DNA of 64,000 bases from an uncultured Burkholderiales bacterium (GTDB lineage: Bacteria; Pseudomonadota; Gammaproteobacteria; Burkholderiales; Burkholderiaceae_A), in assembly GCA_937864175.1 (NCBI GenBank), contig CALMJH010000056.1, forward strand, positions 20,880-84,879, given 5' to 3'. The position numbers and the translations under genes were made by a program. Below, in pieces: positions 60,901-64,000 of the stretch (the stretch's first letter is position 1; each line of letters starts with the position of its first letter). Under the pieces are notes generated by a model. The model did not search any database. It saw only the letters and a list, made by a program, of their open reading frames with translations, and had not been told where the DNA came from.

Positions 60901-61573
60901 GTCCTGCATCTTGGGCGTCGTCTGGCCAGAGCGCAAGGGCCGTGCTGTGGGCACTGACCTTGTCTTGTAGGGTCACCAGGGGACGACTGCCCACGGGCAT
61001 GTAGATGTCTACCCGCGATCCAAATCGAATAAAGCCGTAGCGCATGCCCCGTTGCAGCAGGTCGCCCTCTTGGACGTAACAGAGAATGCGGCGGGCCACC
61101 AGGCCAGCAATCTGGATACAAGTGAGCTCTCGGCCCTTGGAATCCCGAATCACAATGGCGTTGCGCTCGTTTTCAGTGGAGGCCTTGTCCAGGTCTGCAT
61201 TGAAAAACCTGCCCGGAAAATAGCTGACCTGTCGCACCTGACCGGCTACAGGCGCCCGGTTGGAGTGGACATTGAAGACATTCATAAACACGCTGATCTT
61301 CAGGCTGTCGTTTCCGGTGACCGGGTCTTTGGCGGCCCCAACAAAGACCACCCGGCCATCGGCCGGTGAGGCCACTGCCCGGGCATCGGCGGCCGGCACA
61401 CGGGCGGGGTCTCTGAAGAACTGCAAGACAAAGACCGCAACGACCCAGAACGGAATGGACCAGCCCCCTGCCCCAAGGGCCGTGGCCAAGACTGCCGCAC
61501 TGACCGAGATGGTCAGATAAAACCAGCCCTCGCGGGCAATCAGGGGATGGGGGTACTGGGTGACGTCGGTCAT
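60887..61573 (-). CDS. psd: Phosphatidylserine decarboxylase
   Basis: [37 protein letters not shown] self-cleavage motif. Confidence 0.95.
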   Translation of the reverse strand: MTDVTQYPHPLIAREGWFYLTISVSAAVLATALGAGGWSIPFWVVAVFVLQFFRDPARVPAADARAVASPADGRVVFVGAAKDPVTGNDSLKISVFMNVFNVHSNRAPVAGQVRQVSYFPGRFFNADLDKASTENERNAIVIRDSKGRELTCIQIAGLVARRILCYVQEGDLLQRGMRYGFIRFGSRVDIYMPVGSRPLVTLQDKVSAHSTALALWPDDAQDAGHAKA

Positions 61574-62614
<1,041 letters not shown>

Positions 62615-63106
62615 TTAGACCCGCAAAATCCGTTCGCCGCGGGAGATCCCCGAACTTCCGGTTCGGACGGTTTCTAAGATGGCCTCGGCTTCGAGCGCCT
62701 CGATAAAGGCATCGAGCTTGGTGCTGTCGCCGGTGAGTTCAATGGTGTAGGTCTTGTCGGTGACATCGATGATGCGGCCACGGAAGATGTCGGCCATGCG
62801 CTTCATCTCCTCGCGCTCCTTGCCGACTGCCCTCACCTTGATGAGCATGAGTTCACGCTCGATGTGGGGATGGTCGGAGAGGTCGATGACCTTCACCACC
62901 TCGATGAGACGGTTCAGGTGCTTGGTGATCTGCTCGATGATCTCCTCGGACCCACGGGTCACGATGGTCATCCGCGAGAGCGACTGGTCTTCGGTAGGGG
63001 CAACGGTCAGGGTCTCGATGTTGTAGCCGCGGGCTGAAAACAGGCCCACCACACGTGACAAGGCGCCCGGCTCGTTCTCGAGCAACAGCGAAATAATGTG
63101 TTTCAT
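62615..63106 (-). CDS. ilvN: Acetolactate synthase small (regulatory) subunit
   Basis: LENEPGALSRVVGLFSARGYNIETL, ERELMLIKV, ETVRTG. Confidence 0.96.
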   Translation of the reverse strand: MKHIISLLLENEPGALSRVVGLFSARGYNIETLTVAPTEDQSLSRMTIVTRGSEEIIEQITKHLNRLIEVVKVIDLSDHPHIERELMLIKVRAVGKEREEMKRMADIFRGRIIDVTDKTYTIELTGDSTKLDAFIEALEAEAILETVRTGSSGISRGERILRV

Positions 63107-63118
63107 GGATTGGGCTCC

Positions 63119-64000
63119 TTAGAGGTCTTCTGAACCGAGCAGCATCTCGGTCAGGCCCTTGCCGGCCTGAACCATGGGCCAGACGTTTTCGGTCTGGTCG
63201 GTGATGAAGTCCAGAAAGACCAGCCGGTCTTTGAGTCCAAAGGCTTCTTTGAGGGCCGGCTCGACATCGGCAGGCTTGTCAATTCGCATGCCCACGTGGC
63301 CATACGACTCCGCCAGCTTGACGAAATCGGGCAAGGAATCCATGTAGGACTCGGAGTAGCGCGAGCCGTACTCAATTTCCTGCCACTGTCGAACCATGCC
63401 CAGATAACGGTTATTCAGATTCACCACCTTGACCGGAACGCGGTACTGCTGGCAGGTGGAGAGCTCTTGGATGTTCATCTGAATCGAGGCCTCGCCCGTA
63501 ATACAGACGACCTCGGCATCGGGGTTGGCAAACTTCACCCCCATGGCATAGGGTAGTCCCACACCCATGGTGCCCAGGCCACCGGAGTTGATCCAGCGAC
63601 GCGGCTTGTCAAAGCGGTAGTACTGGGCGGCCCACATCTGGTGCTGGCCAACATCGCTGGTGACAAAGGCATCACCCTTGGTCAGGCGCCAGACGGCCTC
63701 GACCACGGACTGCGGCTTGATGAGCTCGGTGCTGTCTTTGTAGGCCAGGCAGTCCAGCTTGCGCCAGTCTTCAATCTGCTTCCACCAGGCATCGAGGTGC
63801 TTGGCCTGGGGCTTTGCGCCTGCCGCCAGGGCGTCTTTCAGCTGAGCCAGGAGCTCTTGCAGCACCTCTTTGACATCGCCCACGATGGGGGTGTCCACCT
63901 TGACGCGTTTGGAGATGCTGGAGGGGTCGACATCGACGTGGATGATTTTGCGGGGGTTCTGGGCGAAGTGCTTGGGATTGCCAATGACTCGGTCGTCGAA
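63119..64000 (-). CDS. ilvB: Acetolactate synthase large subunit (5' part outside window)
   Basis: Frame open to the window edge (FDDRVIGNPKHF...), DVGQHQMWAAQ, SGGLGTMGVGLP, GEASIQMN, NNRYLGMVRQWQ. Confidence 0.97.
   Translation of the reverse strand, partial: FDDRVIGNPKHFAQNPRKIIHVDVDPSSISKRVKVDTPIVGDVKEVLQELLAQLKDALAAGAKPQAKHLDAWWKQIEDWRKLDCLAYKDSTELIKPQSVVEAVWRLTKGDAFVTSDVGQHQMWAAQYYRFDKPRRWINSGGLGTMGVGLPYAMGVKFANPDAEVVCITGEASIQMNIQELSTCQQYRVPVKVVNLNNRYLGMVRQWQEIEYGSRYSESYMDSLPDFVKLAESYGHVGMRIDKPADVEPALKEAFGLKDRLVFLDFITDQTENVWPMVQAGKGLTEMLLGSEDL

Overview
Core-genome segment of a GC-rich (roughly 60-63% in sampled lines), very compact betaproteobacterium (Burkholderiales-like gene order). 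It carries thrS-infC-rpmI-rplT-pheS-pheT-ihfA-merR, ppx/ppk1, a split Fe3+ ABC transporter, metY, rmuC, a DEAD-box helicase, an Lrp/MdeB-like/SAF-oxidoreductase cluster, uup, a low-GC islet around tRNA-Ser, the complete nuoA-N operon, secG-tpiA-pnp-rpsO, leuA and ilvB(I)-ilvN(H)-ilvC-psd-pssA, plus five tRNAs (Pro-GGG, Val-GAC, Gly-CCC, Ser-TGA, Leu-GAG). I found no integrase, transposase, CRISPR array or recognisable defence system. The most notable signals are mostly outside the ORF track: (1) TAnnnT -10 boxes 5-8 nt before SD-less start codons at about 10 loci, including three head-to-head pairs with 22-35 bp intergenic gaps, suggesting widespread leaderless and bidirectional transcription; (2) an orphan-terminated anti-Shine-Dalgarno sRNA at about 19348-19437; (3) an Lrp-controlled MdeB-like E1 paired with a COG4091 SAF oxidoreductase in place of methionine gamma-lyase; (4) a stand-alone bciA-type 8-vinyl reductase suggesting a phototrophic host; (5) a Pho-box array before an OlsB-like acyltransferase; (6) a Leu-rich leuA leader peptide; (7) small unannotated ORFs; (8) TGA being the rarest stop codon despite high GC. 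All calls come from manual reading and family knowledge; no database searches were run.
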